Assembly: GCA_910592345.1 (NCBI GenBank)
Contig: CAJVPI010000309.1
Location: 1 to 36,007 of the forward strand
Length of the DNA: 36,007 bases
Direction: 5' to 3'
Source: Paraglomus brasilianum
Taxonomy: Eukaryota
Shown here piece after piece: positions 1-12,000 of the stretch. Each line of letters starts with the position of its first letter. Position 1 is the first letter of the stretch. Position numbers and translations under genes: made by a program. The notes under the pieces are model-generated. The model saw nothing but the letters and a program-made list of their open reading frames with translations, had not been told where the DNA came from and searched no databases.

Positions 1-578
1 CAATAATTTTTATGTTTAATTTTAAGACATTATGAATTCTTCTCCTTTTTTTTGTATATATTTTTTTGTTTCTTTTTTTTTTTTTTTTTTTTGCAAAATG
101 TGTGGAAAGAGGAAGCAGAAAACCTAATGCAATATCCTGCATTGCATTTACACTGTGAATGTGCATGCATGTGATTATTTTTCAGTTAATGATTTGCAAA
201 ATTAATATGCCGTCGCTTGAATGCTATAACAAAATTTATTCACATTATAATTCCATATTATTTATATTTTTTAAAGTACATGACATCTGCTACAAAACTG
301 CGTTTAAAGTTTGTTAATAATGTAAATGATTGTGGAGGTATTAATTTTTGAACATTTTTTTTTCGTAATGCCTAATTTATTCATTTTCAGTTGAGTAAAT
401 TCGGGTATAGAAAAACTCAAATATTTACATATTAATTTATAATGAAATTTTGCAGGAATGTAGCTCAATACAAGCCAAACTATGGCTAAAGTTTCATAGA
501 AACCTGAAGTTTCGTTATGGAATTATGCATGATTAACGGAAATTTAGGGGGTGGTCGGAGACTTTTGGTCACCCACTG
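1..578. mobile_element. End of a Tc1/mariner-like element (terminal inverted repeat plus non-coding AT-rich flank), running off the window start
   Basis: The minus strand reads TA|CAGTGGGTGACCAAAAGTCTCCGACC from 578, a typical TA-flanked Tc1 TIR start. No transposase is seen in 1-578, so the inner extent is uncertain. Confidence 0.5.
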
Positions 579-804
579 TATTTGTAAGTTTGATCGCACA
601 ACTTTCTTCACCATGTCCAGAGTATGTAAAAGTTTATTTAAAACAAGATCTCAACTGAGTTAGATAATAAACGTGAAACAACATCCGAATGCGAGCGTAG
701 CAACTAAATAAGAAGTACAACCTTGTTATGGATCGCTTACTTTGAAAATCAGTTTAAATAATTTATTCTATCTTAATCATTAAAGAGGAGAAAAATTAAA
801 GTCA

Positions 805-1400
805 GTGTACAATATGTCAAAAGCGGGAGATTATTTTTATCAACAGTTTTTAGATGATTATACTCTTATTGATCGTCCAGACGATACTAATCTTAGTAAC
901 AACTTCTCAACAATAAATCACACTGTTAGTAACATTGAAAGCACTAAAGATAGAACCCATCAGGAATCAGATCTCACTAACACTGTTAGTCAATTAAAGC
1001 AAGTAATGGAAGAACAAAAATCGATCGATATCAGGCGTCTTAATGAATATTGCGAATAATTAATCTGTACAAAGAAATTATACCAACAACAACTCGAAGC
1101 AAGCGGGAATCTTATCGAATAATGGAATTCGTGGCATAGCGATCAGGACAAGCTCTTATTGGTATGGCACAACTTGAACGAAAGTCTTTATGAAGGCATG
1201 ATCAGCGATAATAATAACTTACAACATACGCCGCGGAAATGGCTATTTCGTTAATCCGTCAGACAGAAGAACTGACCATAACAGCTCAGGAGATAAATTA
1301 GATGCACAGCTAATAAATTCTACTGATTTAGCAAAGAAAGCTGCTCGACCAGGCATACGTGTATATATTGAAGTAATAGCCGGCTTCTTTATGTAGGCCA
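805..1400 (+). pseudogene. Possible decayed hypothetical gene (coiled-coil-like), interrupted by stops
   Basis: The 84-aa ORF continues past TAA into protein-like sequence (LICTKKLYQQQLEASGNLIE*WNSWHSDQDKLLLVWHNL). No family recognised. Confidence 0.25.
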
Positions 1401-1763
1401 ATACCGATCACCAAATAAGAAGCAATTGCACAAGAAAGGAAATTATTTCGAACATAGAAACTCTCCTTGACGAATGTGTAAAGAGTTTATCAAAAAATGT
1501 CCAATAAAATGTATATGAAACTTTTAGAAGTGTATAAAATATTCTAACCATGTTTCTATAACAAATTAAGTAATATGCAACTAATTTGATAATAAAATGA
1601 TGCCTTAAAGAGAAAGGAAGGCCGTATCGAATTGTTTGAGGCATGTAGTGTCGTTATGTTTACGAATGACGGTTCTCAATGCTGCGAAGCTCTTCTATGG
1701 TTACAACCTTCTGGTGATATATTTATGGTGTCCGCATTGTGTGAGAGAACGGTCCAAATTTTC

Positions 1764-2080
1764 ATCAAACACCAACCCAGTAGCCCGTGACTTCTGTATT
1801 ACATCTCCCACCAAGAACAGATGTCATTGTAGTAACAAGCTTATATATCATCCAATTATTTAAGTGTGCAATTGTTCGCTGTAAATATATAAATGCGAAG
1901 AAGTATCAGCAATTTTAACTGGCGGGAGATGTGATACAGAAGTCACGGACTACTGGGGTTCGCATTGATTGGTACAATGTTAACAGAGTTTAGCTTATTA
2001 TTATATATTATCCAATTATTAATTGTGCAGTTGTAAACACATAAATACGAAGTGTGTGAGAGAAGTACCAGCAGCAAACT
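1764..2080. repeat. MITE-like structure: ~40-50 bp inverted repeats (~1774-1815 and ~1919-1960) around a ~90-bp unit that recurs as a diverged direct repeat at ~1981-2080
   Basis: aacccagtagcccgtgacttctgtattacatctcccacc matches the reverse complement of ggcgggagatgtgatacagaagtcacggactactggggtt. The internal 'ttatatatcatccaattatttaagtgtgca' recurs as 'ttatatattatccaattattaattgtgca'. Confidence 0.75.
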
Positions 2081-2299
2081 TCAAGTGCTCAATCCTGAAT
2101 ATAACGATAGTGAACGAGACTAATCTGTTGATGAGAAACAAACACATTTTGCAAATCCGACTCTCTTAAACGACGCTTTACGAAATATTACGTGTATTAT
2201 CAAAAAGTTATAGTTTTATGATTTTTAAAGACAGCAAGTTTGCCGATATTGGTACGGTTTGTGTTAATAGTTTATGCTAAACTTCACTCGACCTGTTTC

Positions 2300-3660
2300 A
2301 TGGTAAACAGGAAACAACGTCCTTGTTCACTTTCAGGAAGAAACATTACTATAGAGCTTGGTATATATGTGTAGACTTTTAAAAAACGAGGGATTATCAA
2401 CAAAAATAACATTCCATGGAATAAACGACTATTCAAGCTTGTAATATACCGTTTTCGATTTGATCGGTCTTTGTCAATAATTCGGAATCCGGACGAGCGT
2501 GGATGCAGGACGGAATATTTCTTAATGACCACCTATCCAGAGACAACATTAAGAAAGCGACTGCAGTACTACAAGATATGATCGAGAACAAGCAAACGCC
2601 TTCAATGGATGATCCGTCACGCTTCGTCCATGTCTACATCAAGGATGATAATATAAAAGGAGCAAGTGGCTTTATCAATTGGGTTTGAAAAAAGATCAAT
2701 TTACAGGAAGATGGCAGATTATAACAAAATGCTATTACAATATGTAAAGTCGAACGATTTTGGGAATACAATGTGCAATGCATTTGCTAAAACTAATGAA
2801 ACAGAAGAAATTTAGACCAACGGCAGTACGTATAATCGTTATGTGCGAAACGCAAAATGAACAGTACAGCAGAACAATTATTAGACCGCATGAAATATGA
2901 CAACATTGATCCAAACACATCTGCTTACAATTCTATTATTATATTTAAACCCCATGCACAAAAACCAAATACAATTCGATGAAAACACTTTTAATATTGT
3001 AATTTTATCTTTTCGCGAGCATAACAATTTTCTACAAATTATTCAATATTTGATGACACTATCATCCGAATCAGCAGCCCAGTTGTTCCTCAAACAGTAT
3101 ACTTCCATAATATCCTCACTTCCGTTAGCAAAAGAGACGTCAGCCATAGTTAATTGCACCAGGTTTGGTTTTCTATACGGCATTAATTGACTATTATGCA
3201 AAGAGAGCTTTACTAGATCAAACACTCAAAATATACCAGGCGATGCTAAGCGACAATATTAAACCGAACGTGGTTACGTGCTGATTGACGCATATGCAAA
3301 ATCAGGTCATCTCGAAACGGGGTTAAAGGTATTCAGGAGCATGTGGCTTGAATTGAAATACAGGCAGAATGAGTCGGTTTTGAGGAGAATGAGCTGCGTT
3401 AGTAAAGGACCGAGACGCGTTTATATGAATGTGGAGGGAATTGCAAAGGTTTTTGGCTGGACAGTGAGTGGATTTTGTGAGTGGCTTGAAGATTGAGGAG
3501 GTCGCTATTATTAGCACTACAGGCGGAGAGGTGTTGTGCAGAATTTGGTGACAGCGTATACGTGAATTGAAGGATGAATTTGGACTTTTGAACTTTTGAT
3601 TTATAAAGCTGAATGAGAGCTTGGTAATTCTCTCGGCCATAGATGTTACGGATAGATGTT
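2300..3660 (+). pseudogene. Pentatricopeptide-repeat (PPR) protein pseudogene
   Basis: Frameshifted PPR motifs: DENTFNIVILSF..., FYTALIDYYAKRALLDQTLKIYQAMLSDNIKPNVVT (frameshift) VLIDAYAKSGHLETGLKVFRSM. Multiple stops and frameshifts; boundaries approximate. Confidence 0.75.
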
Positions 3661-3984
3661 ACGGTTACGGTTGATTAAATGAGAAGGGTGTGTAATTTGA
3701 TTCCGTTATTTTCCAGTAAGGGCGAGGAAACTTTTTCAATGTATTGGACGAGTAACATATTCTCGGTATTCTCTACGTATATTGGTAGATCCTTATTGGT
3801 AATTACGGAAGACCGCTAAAGCTGCTTATCTTGGTAATTTTTACCTCAAGTACATTAGTAAAACAATTCACTACAACAGTTTATCAGGTTTTTAATGTGT
3901 TGCGGTCTGCTAATAAGCAATTAAAAGATAAATCAAATTTCACAATGTGTCCCATTTGTGGGCAGTTGAAGATGCTTCACCTGT

Positions 3985-5019
3985 TATCGGCAATTCCTCC
4001 TTTGTTTGAGGTAGAGGAGTTCTTTTTCTTACTTGATAATCTAAATGGTTCCATAAATCTCAATCGGATTAATATCCGGGCTTTGCGCAACTCAGTCTAG
4101 AGTTTGGAATATTATGAGTTGACAGCCACCAAAGACTATGAGGAAGTATGACAGAGGCCCGACTTGTTGGAGTATAGCGTCTGGATAATCTCTAATACTA
4201 ACCCAAGATATAAAATTATTAGCAAGAACATTAACATAATTATCATCAGAATTCATGTTTCCATCAACTAATACTAAAGGGCCTAACTTAAACGTATACA
4301 GTCTTTGTTATAAGCTTCTCCAGTGTTCCTCCACACTTTTGTTCTACCATCTGACTTAAAAAGAGCGAATCTTGACTCATCAGACCATACTATTCGTTTC
4401 CATTCTTCTACCCAATTATGTTTTTGTCTGCACCACCTCAATCGCTTCGCCTATTGTTTTTCAGTTAACAGAGGCCTTTTTTTCGTAACATAACTCTTGA
4501 ACCTTCATCGTGAAGATATTTTCTATCAGTGGTATTGTGTAGAGCAGTGTCAAGAGTAGAATTTACTTTGCTTGCTAGAACGCTAAGCGAGGCGAAGCGG
4601 TCGTTGCGGACAATACGTTGCAGAACTCGTGCGTCCCGTTGAGTAAGAGTTTTAGGATGTTTTTTGGGTGTAGTAGTGTGGGTTTGCTTATATCGTTTGA
4701 TTGTGTCGTTTATTGTACTAGTGGGAATATTTAGTTGCGTTGAGACAACATTCTGCTTGATGCCGTTAAGGTATGCGCCAATAATGCGCTCGTGTTGTTC
4801 ACTTTTCCGCGCGTATGCTATTATTGAAGATGTTAGGGAGATAACGCGCGGCAATGCAAAAATTTCATCCATTCAGTCGCATCTTATTATTAAGCGCGGA
4901 AGTATCAGTAAAAACAATGACCACATTAGGACGAAATTCTTCCTTATATATCGAAAATTTTTGCCAACGCGAATACAATGCAAATCTCCTCATTTATCTG
5001 AAAATTTTGACAACTAGTG
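3985..5019 (-). mobile_element. Degenerate Tc1/mariner (IS630-Tc1) DNA transposon
   Basis: HTH region in ORF 4465-4872 (RIIGAYLNG...IPTSTINDTIKRYKQ...LTQRDARVLQRIVRNDRF). Downstream frameshifted DDE motifs: WKRIVWSDESRFALF, VWRNTGEAYNKDC, DGNMNS, AQSPDINPIE. TIR start TA|CACTAGTTGTCAAAA at 5019. Confidence 0.9.
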
Positions 5020-5089
5020 TAGTGAGTAGCTAAGACGTTGCTATTAGGATAGTTCCTCTTATTCTAATAAAATTATATTTAATTACAAA

Positions 5090-5419
5090 CGTTGTTATTT
5101 CGTTTTTCCCTGGTAATAAGATATTTGCCAATTAATCCTATAGTACTTTTGCATCAGGATTATTGTTTAATTTAACGTTAGTGTAGAGAGATAATTTCCC
5201 CGACCGATAGGCTCTGAGATTAATTCCATCAGAGAAATCGACGTGCTACTCGAGTTAAGCAATAATTCAGTACAAGACCGATAATAATAGATCGTGAGTA
5301 TAAAACCTAGTTCAAAGGTCACTATTGTTGTTGGTATTTAGTTTAAAGCAGAAAGAGCAAAGGCTTCCGTTGGAAAGAACTAAATCCCAAGACTAGTGCA
5401 CCGCCGCTCTCCCAGGTGT
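5090..5419. repeat. Dispersed repeat family, copy A (homologous to ~32740-33097)
   Basis: Shared ...ccgttggaa...ctagtgcaccgccgctctcccaggtgt end, with patchy similarity over ~300 bp to the copy at 32740-33097. Confidence 0.65.
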
Positions 5420-5429
5420 AAGCTAGCTC

Positions 5430-6164
5430 GACAATATACAAAAATAGTGGTAGCAAAAAATTATGTTTTTCCACAAGTATACATAACATAACCAGATAAA
5501 GTTAGGCTCATTTGAAAGGCTATGAGCTGCTTTATTATAATAATGATTTTTTTTTTTAATATTTAATTCTATTGCCGTTTTGCATTGTGCTGTAAAATTA
5601 GTCCACATGTCCATTTCATAAACAAAATATTATTTTGTCTATAGTCTTCTTTCCATGTGTAATGGTGTAAAATTATTGTATGAGTTACATGAAGTGCTGA
5701 CGAATCAAAATGGCACTATTATAGTGAACAGCTTGGTCAATAGAATGTGACAAGCTTTGAGTCATTTTCGATGGACACCCACTAACTACCTTTTACTTCA
5801 ATGGAGTTGCATTCTTTGAGTTTGTAAAAATCATTCTCAACTGTATGTAGCAAATATCAGAGTTTTTTTTTCACTGAATGAATATTAAAGTGTAAAAGAG
5901 TTCGTCACTGAGCTTCAAATTAGATTTATCCATATTATTAAGCTCCACAAAGACAAACTTTTAAATTAACTTTCTTATAGAAACTGGCAATAAAAAAAAC
6001 AGGAAATGAAATAAAGCAAATTTGCTAATACAAAAACATTCAGTAGAAAGTTGATAACCATAAATGTAAATAATTGTTTTTTTGTTTCACAAGTGACCGC
6101 GTTTTTTATTTATGAGTCAAAAAAAAAGGTTATTTGCAAACCACCATTTTTTTGAGACAGACTG
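5430..6164 (-). mobile_element. Highly degenerate Tc1/mariner remnant (5' part)
   Basis: TIR-like TA|CAGTCTGTCTCAAAAAAA at 6164. Residual translation GCPSKMTQSLSHSIDQAV resembles the GRPRKITASMSHAI motif of the Tc1 copy at ~33.9 kb. Confidence 0.55.
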
Positions 6165-7522
6165 TAAATAGGCTGGCTCATATACAAACCGCGTTATTCG
6201 CATACACAAGAACCAGGATAACCAATATGAGAATTAATCGTAATATTAATCAATATTACAAGTTAACAATCCCGATAAATAAGACACACAGTCAGCCTTG
6301 ATAAGTCAGTCCCTTGATAAGTCGGTCAATCTATGTAAATTCGCGATAAGACGTGAGTCGGCCAAGTCGGTCTCACGTGATTTTATTGTACAAGCTAGTT
6401 TGCAGAGCTATTTCACAATTTAGCTGTATAATTAATAACAAAAGTTGAATGTGGCTTATACTGTATACATATAAACACGTGATTCTCCATAAGTCGCCAT
6501 TGTAATTACAATATCAGTAATAGTGAAGACGATACTATTTAGTGTATTATTTATGTCGTAATATGTTTACGCTTTTATTATTATAGCATCATTATTTAGT
6601 TATTATGTAGTCATAATTATGCATATATGCATATATGCATATATCGTCCCTAACGGAACTAACTATTATGAATAAGATGTACGTACCAGAGACCATCACA
6701 GCTTATACAGATCTGGACTCTTTTGCGTAAAAATGAAATATGTTATTTGTTAGGACACAGTTTATCACCTCCTTCTACACGCGTGCCTTGAGATTTTTGT
6801 TACAATGCTGTATCACGGTTGCGCGATGCATACGTCGTAATAGGATGTAACAGTCATTACATTAATACAGGAATATGTTAATACAGGAATATGCTTGCAG
6901 GTTCAAATGCAGTAATGGTTATGTAATGCTTGTATATGTGTTTGTCTAGACTATTCTGGACAATTCATTAGGTTACAATTTATCATTAATTGAATTGTGA
7001 ATGCAGTCGTTGAGAGGTCTGCTTGTAGTGAGAATTTAACACTTACTTTATGGGTTCACCATATAACGATCGGACCAGCCCGACACTTTATTTTATGACG
7101 ACACGCTCGTCACTTAAAAGGATATGGGGATGTCTATCGCATGAATGGCTTGGGAGAATTTTCACCAATTTTTAATTTGCTAGTATAACTTAAATTGTGA
7201 ATGTGAAAGGTGTAACTGATAATAAAGAAGAGGAAATGGCGAATTGACATCAAGGAAGATGACACAATTTTATTCGAAATAACAAAATAGTCTATGAAAA
7301 CGGAGATATCCTTCTGACTTCATTTGTCCGATGATTATCATCTATCTCCGAGTTTAAAAACAGGTCTTTGTCATCACAGTATTTGGGAAAGATAAGCTAA
7401 GAATAGAAAGTAATAAGCACAACCGATGAGCGTAATCTGCTTCCAATAGTATGTAACACCGATAAGAATGACAACTGCAGAAAAAATAACAACAACAACA
7501 GCACATGAGCTGTCTCTGCAGG

Positions 7523-7554
<32 letters not shown>
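7523..7554. repeat. (CAA)n microsatellite
   Basis: About 10 perfect CAA units; explains the spurious poly-L/C/V ORFs on the minus strand. Confidence 0.95.
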
Positions 7555-8270
7555 GGGCAGTAGTAACAGTAATTAATAGCAACAGCGAATGACAACAATA
7601 TTAATAAAGTTTAAAAGGAGTTGTGCGATGGCGGGGGGGCGGTTAACGTTTAAATATATTTGTATAACAAGTTCCCCATATGGAAATTATTAAAAAAAAG
7701 ATAGGCAGTATTAGTGACTATTATTAACAATATTTATCTTCGTGATGTTTATTTGTTGTTATTGCTTTTGTTCGTAAGAAGCTCCATATATGATCAAATA
7801 TCCGAATTGATCTTTCTATAATAACGATTGTTATCATTACCATGAATGTCTTTATTTCCTATTGTATCTCCCACTAAACAAAGGTTAACAAAGCAACGCT
7901 GCACTAATTTCATTGTTTCGACCCTTGCAAAACTGCTGTTTACCTATCAAATACATAGAGGCCCTTTGTGATATTGAAACCTTAATTAAATTTGATTCAT
8001 CGAATACATAATAATAATAATAACCCGCTTAAACTTGGCATGATCTCCGCGGAAGAAGATTTTCGCTTATGTAATATAACATTGCAACATTAACGATACG
8101 TGACCATCCATAAAAGTAAGGCATGTAACCCCAATTGGTGTCTTGTAACAGAATCATGATGACTAGATTATTACTTTTGGGGAATTCGTACTGACCGTTT
8201 GCAACTTACAAACACTGTTCCGAATATGTCATGTGATTCGATTCGTTCTGATTATGATGTCCAGCCTTTT

Positions 8271-8271
<1 letters not shown>

Positions 8272-8301
<30 letters not shown>
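8272..8301. repeat. (CA)n microsatellite
   Basis: About 15 CA units. Confidence 0.95.
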
Positions 8302-8302
<1 letters not shown>

Positions 8303-8434
8303 TCTATTTCCATGCTACTTGATTTAAGCTGTCGTACGCTTGAAAATGACGGCATGTAATTGGATGTGTAATTTTGTCTGTTACTTTAGCGGTTGCAATA
8401 ATAAAATACAAGGGAAGACAATAATCAACCCCAA

Positions 8435-8474
8435 CCGACTGACCGAACCGAACCGAACCGAACAACTGACCGAA
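8435..8474. repeat. (CCGAA)n / CTGACCGA pentanucleotide repeat upstream of NF1
   Basis: accgactgaccgaaccgaaccgaaccgaacaactgaccgaa. Confidence 0.8.
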
Positions 8475-9099
8475 TAACTGAGCCTACTGAATACTTATTT
8501 CCTATTTTCATTTCTCCCCTCCCCTTAATATTACGACGTTCCGAATAGAAAAACAATTTATCCAGCTCGTAGCAGCTTTGGCTAGACCCTCTTCCCCATC
8601 CCATGAAACACACATAAGCTGGGCCTCAATCTGCATTCTTATTCGCCGTAATTTAAATTATGAATCACCTATTTTATACCAAATAAACACGTTGCAAATC
8701 CCCTGTTATTGGTGTTTATTACACTTCCAATCGCAAACAAAAATTCCAACTCCTTCCTTCTTATTCGTCGAACCTTGGCTGTTGTAATGCCATCTTTTTT
8801 AATCATTACAAATTATGTCCCTCTCCTAATACTTACTTTTCATGCTCGTGCTTTTGCGTCGATTTTATCTTTCATCTCCATTCTCTTTCCTTTTTATCAC
8901 GAAAAAACTGTCTAAAACTTCAACAATATTCTCTTTTCTGTTATCTTGTTAAAAAAATTTTTAAAAGAAAATATTTATACATACAAAATTAAAAAAACCC
9001 CTCGTATATTCCAGTACATTTACTGAACATTTGATAAAAATATTTCCTTTGCGTCGTTAGAGTCAAATTAGAACAAAAATCTCCAACCTCCACCTCAAC

Positions 9100-12000
9100 A
9101 TGAGTAAGATGACCGATGGGAAATCAATACATGCGCTAATAAATAGAATAGGATCCAAGGTAAGAATCGAAAAGGAGTATAAAGTTTCAGCCTGCTCATT
9201 CTATTCTGTACCCGACACATTTTATGAATACCCGTACCCTATCTCTTACCACTACCACTACCGCTGGTTACCATTACCACTACTGCCGGTTACCACTACC
9301 ATTACTGCTGGTTACCCCACAACCCATCCCCTTTCCATGTTACTTAAATGCTTTTATTATTGTCTATTCTCTAGTTACCATGTAATAGCGGCAAGACATT
9401 AGATGCATTAGAGCAAGATCCATTAATACAGCAAAATGTTAATTCGTTGGTAGAATTATCCAGATTTAAATTACCGATTATTGCTGAGCAGTTATCTCGC
9501 TTATTAGACACTATATCAAAGGTAAGAAACACGCTCGAAACGAATTATTTTGGTTTGATCTAGTTGCAACGGAATGGATCTATTGAGCATATATAATATG
9601 TGTCTTTCCTCCTCAAATAAATATGGTCATTGATTCCGACGGAAAACATATCTCCTATTTATTATGCTCTTTGATTTTACAAACCATTGATCATTATTTC
9701 ACGTATCCGCTTTATATTCTTTTCAAAATTCCAACGCCCTACTCACCTTGCTGTTTTATTGCAATATCAGCCTTCATCAATGGTGCTCGAAGAGTTTGTA
9801 CCAATGGAAATACTTCAGTCTCAACTCTTTCTTCTAAAAATATTGTCCGCTTCTATGACACATCACTGGAAATGCTATCGTAATTCACAGAAAGAAGTAA
9901 ACAAAATTAATGATCAACAACAGTCAGTTGACCCGGCTAATGCTGTCAATAACGGTCCATATAAACTTCCTCGCTCGTGGGATGACCCTCCTCCGCTCGA
10001 CGATACGCTTGCAAAATTAATATTGGGCGTGTTAGTAAGGTTTCTCCATCAGATGGCATCGCAAGAGGAAAATGTCGTAGCTGGTGCGCCTCCCGCTGCA
10101 ACTGGCGGTATCAACAATAACAATAATCAAATTGGCACTTATGAAATAATCTGTGAGATATTCAAGAACGCGGGTAGAGTTATTTTTTATCTATCTGCTT
10201 CTAATTGGGGAGTAATATTTGCAAGAGTAAAACAGAGGATTATACATCTAACCACAACAAACGACGAGTGGCCCGAGACTGCCGAACTGAAACTATTAGA
10301 GGTGTCTGACCTCAATTCTAATCGATTATCACAAGTCCTACAAGGTATATACAGAACTTTGTGACCATGACAATTAAATCATGCATGGGAGATCGTGCCA
10401 AGTTTTCTGATTTATTCATATGAAAAAGCAAGATACATTATAATCATTGACTCTTTTTCGTTTTTTTATAGAACTATGCAATTCATTTATACACTTGAAA
10501 CAATCGGCTCAGACTGTAATGGCTTTTGTTCTTCGTAAAGCAATCTGGAACTGGATCGAGGTCTTTCCCGCGGAATTTGTCACGCTCTGTCAATCGCGAG
10601 GCCGCATGGGGGGAGGACCAGAGCTTCTTTTCGATACCTGCTGCGGTCTCGCCGAAACGGCGCGGCGACGAACCGTAATTTGGCCCCTTCAAACAATGCT
10701 GCTTATATTATGTCCAGACATCTTGGCAGAAGCTACTTCGATAAGTGATGTTGGACAAGCGGGTAACAGGAAACAAGTGTATCTGGATGCATTAAAGAGG
10801 GCTCTCAGAGGAGCACGCATGGCCGACATTGCTGCAGTATGCTATGTAGATTTTTGCAAAGCCGCAACATATGTATCACAGAATGAAAACTTGGCATTGA
10901 GGCAGATGGTACCCGAAATTGAAAATGAGCTTAGGGATAAATTATTCGACCCAAGAAGACCATTCATGACGGAACAGCAAATCGACCAGCGATTAATGAC
11001 AGATTGCTTGACTGCATTGTTTAGGTTGAATCCAACAAAGACATTAAATACCATTATTCCAATTTGCTTACGGCCAACAGCACCACCGGCTTTCAGACTC
11101 GTACTTGTAAAGAGCTGTTTTGCCATTGCATCTGAGGTAAAGAGAAGAAATTAAAACAAAAAACCAAACAGCACATTGCTGTCTATCATTCGAGTGCTCA
11201 TTTTACTAACATTTTCAAACTTGACTATGCTGTTTAGGAAAACCGTCTTCCATGGAATCCAGCTATCACAGCAATGTATTCGATAATCGCTTCGCCACTT
11301 CGTAAACTTTTCCAGGAATATATAATTCAACGCGATCGGAGCCTTGGTAGTCGTAGATTAAAACCGGACGAACTGAAAGAAGCAAACGAGAAAAAGGAAA
11401 TAATTCTCAACATCCTCAAACTATATCGCACTGATCCAATGCTAGCCATATTTAGCGGAGAGGCGGGCGAACAACCAGAGGAAAATAGAGCAATCATATA
11501 CGGCATCTCGTTATGTTTCAATGACACCAGTCTGGGAATAAGAATGACTGCCGCCGAGACTCTTTTAGCACTTCACAGCCCAGACTATATTGAAAAGTGG
11601 GGTCCACCGGAAAATAGAATGCAGAATTTCTGGAACATTAGTTCTCAAGTTATGCTTGGAGTTGCTCGTCAACTACTGGAACCAAAAGAAGAAGGAACAA
11701 AATATATGTTGGAATTGCTCCTTCAACTCCTCACACGCCGCAACGAATTCCTTAAAATGCATAAACAAGAAGCGACTATTGGAATTAATGTTCCAGAGAG
11801 AATTGCTAGTAATGTAGCAATAGAAATTGCATTGTTGGTACTATTATGTAGTGCAGACACGGAGATTTGTTCGATGGCTGTGGCGTGTTTCGGACATCTC
11901 TGCACGGAAGCACAATTAACTGAAGACTTGGATTCTCCACAACAAATATCACAGTTAACTATAATAAAGAACATTAAAGTATATATGGAACTATCGTCGT

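Noticed and set aside
7354..7598. Poly-Leu/Cys/Val ORFs on the minus strand
   Set aside because: Artefacts of the (CAA)n microsatellite.
8151..8255. Possible C/D-box snoRNA (ATGATGA at ~8156, CTGA at ~8191 and ~8248)
   Set aside because: No convincing 10-nt or longer rRNA antisense element could be identified; the boxes are short enough to occur by chance.
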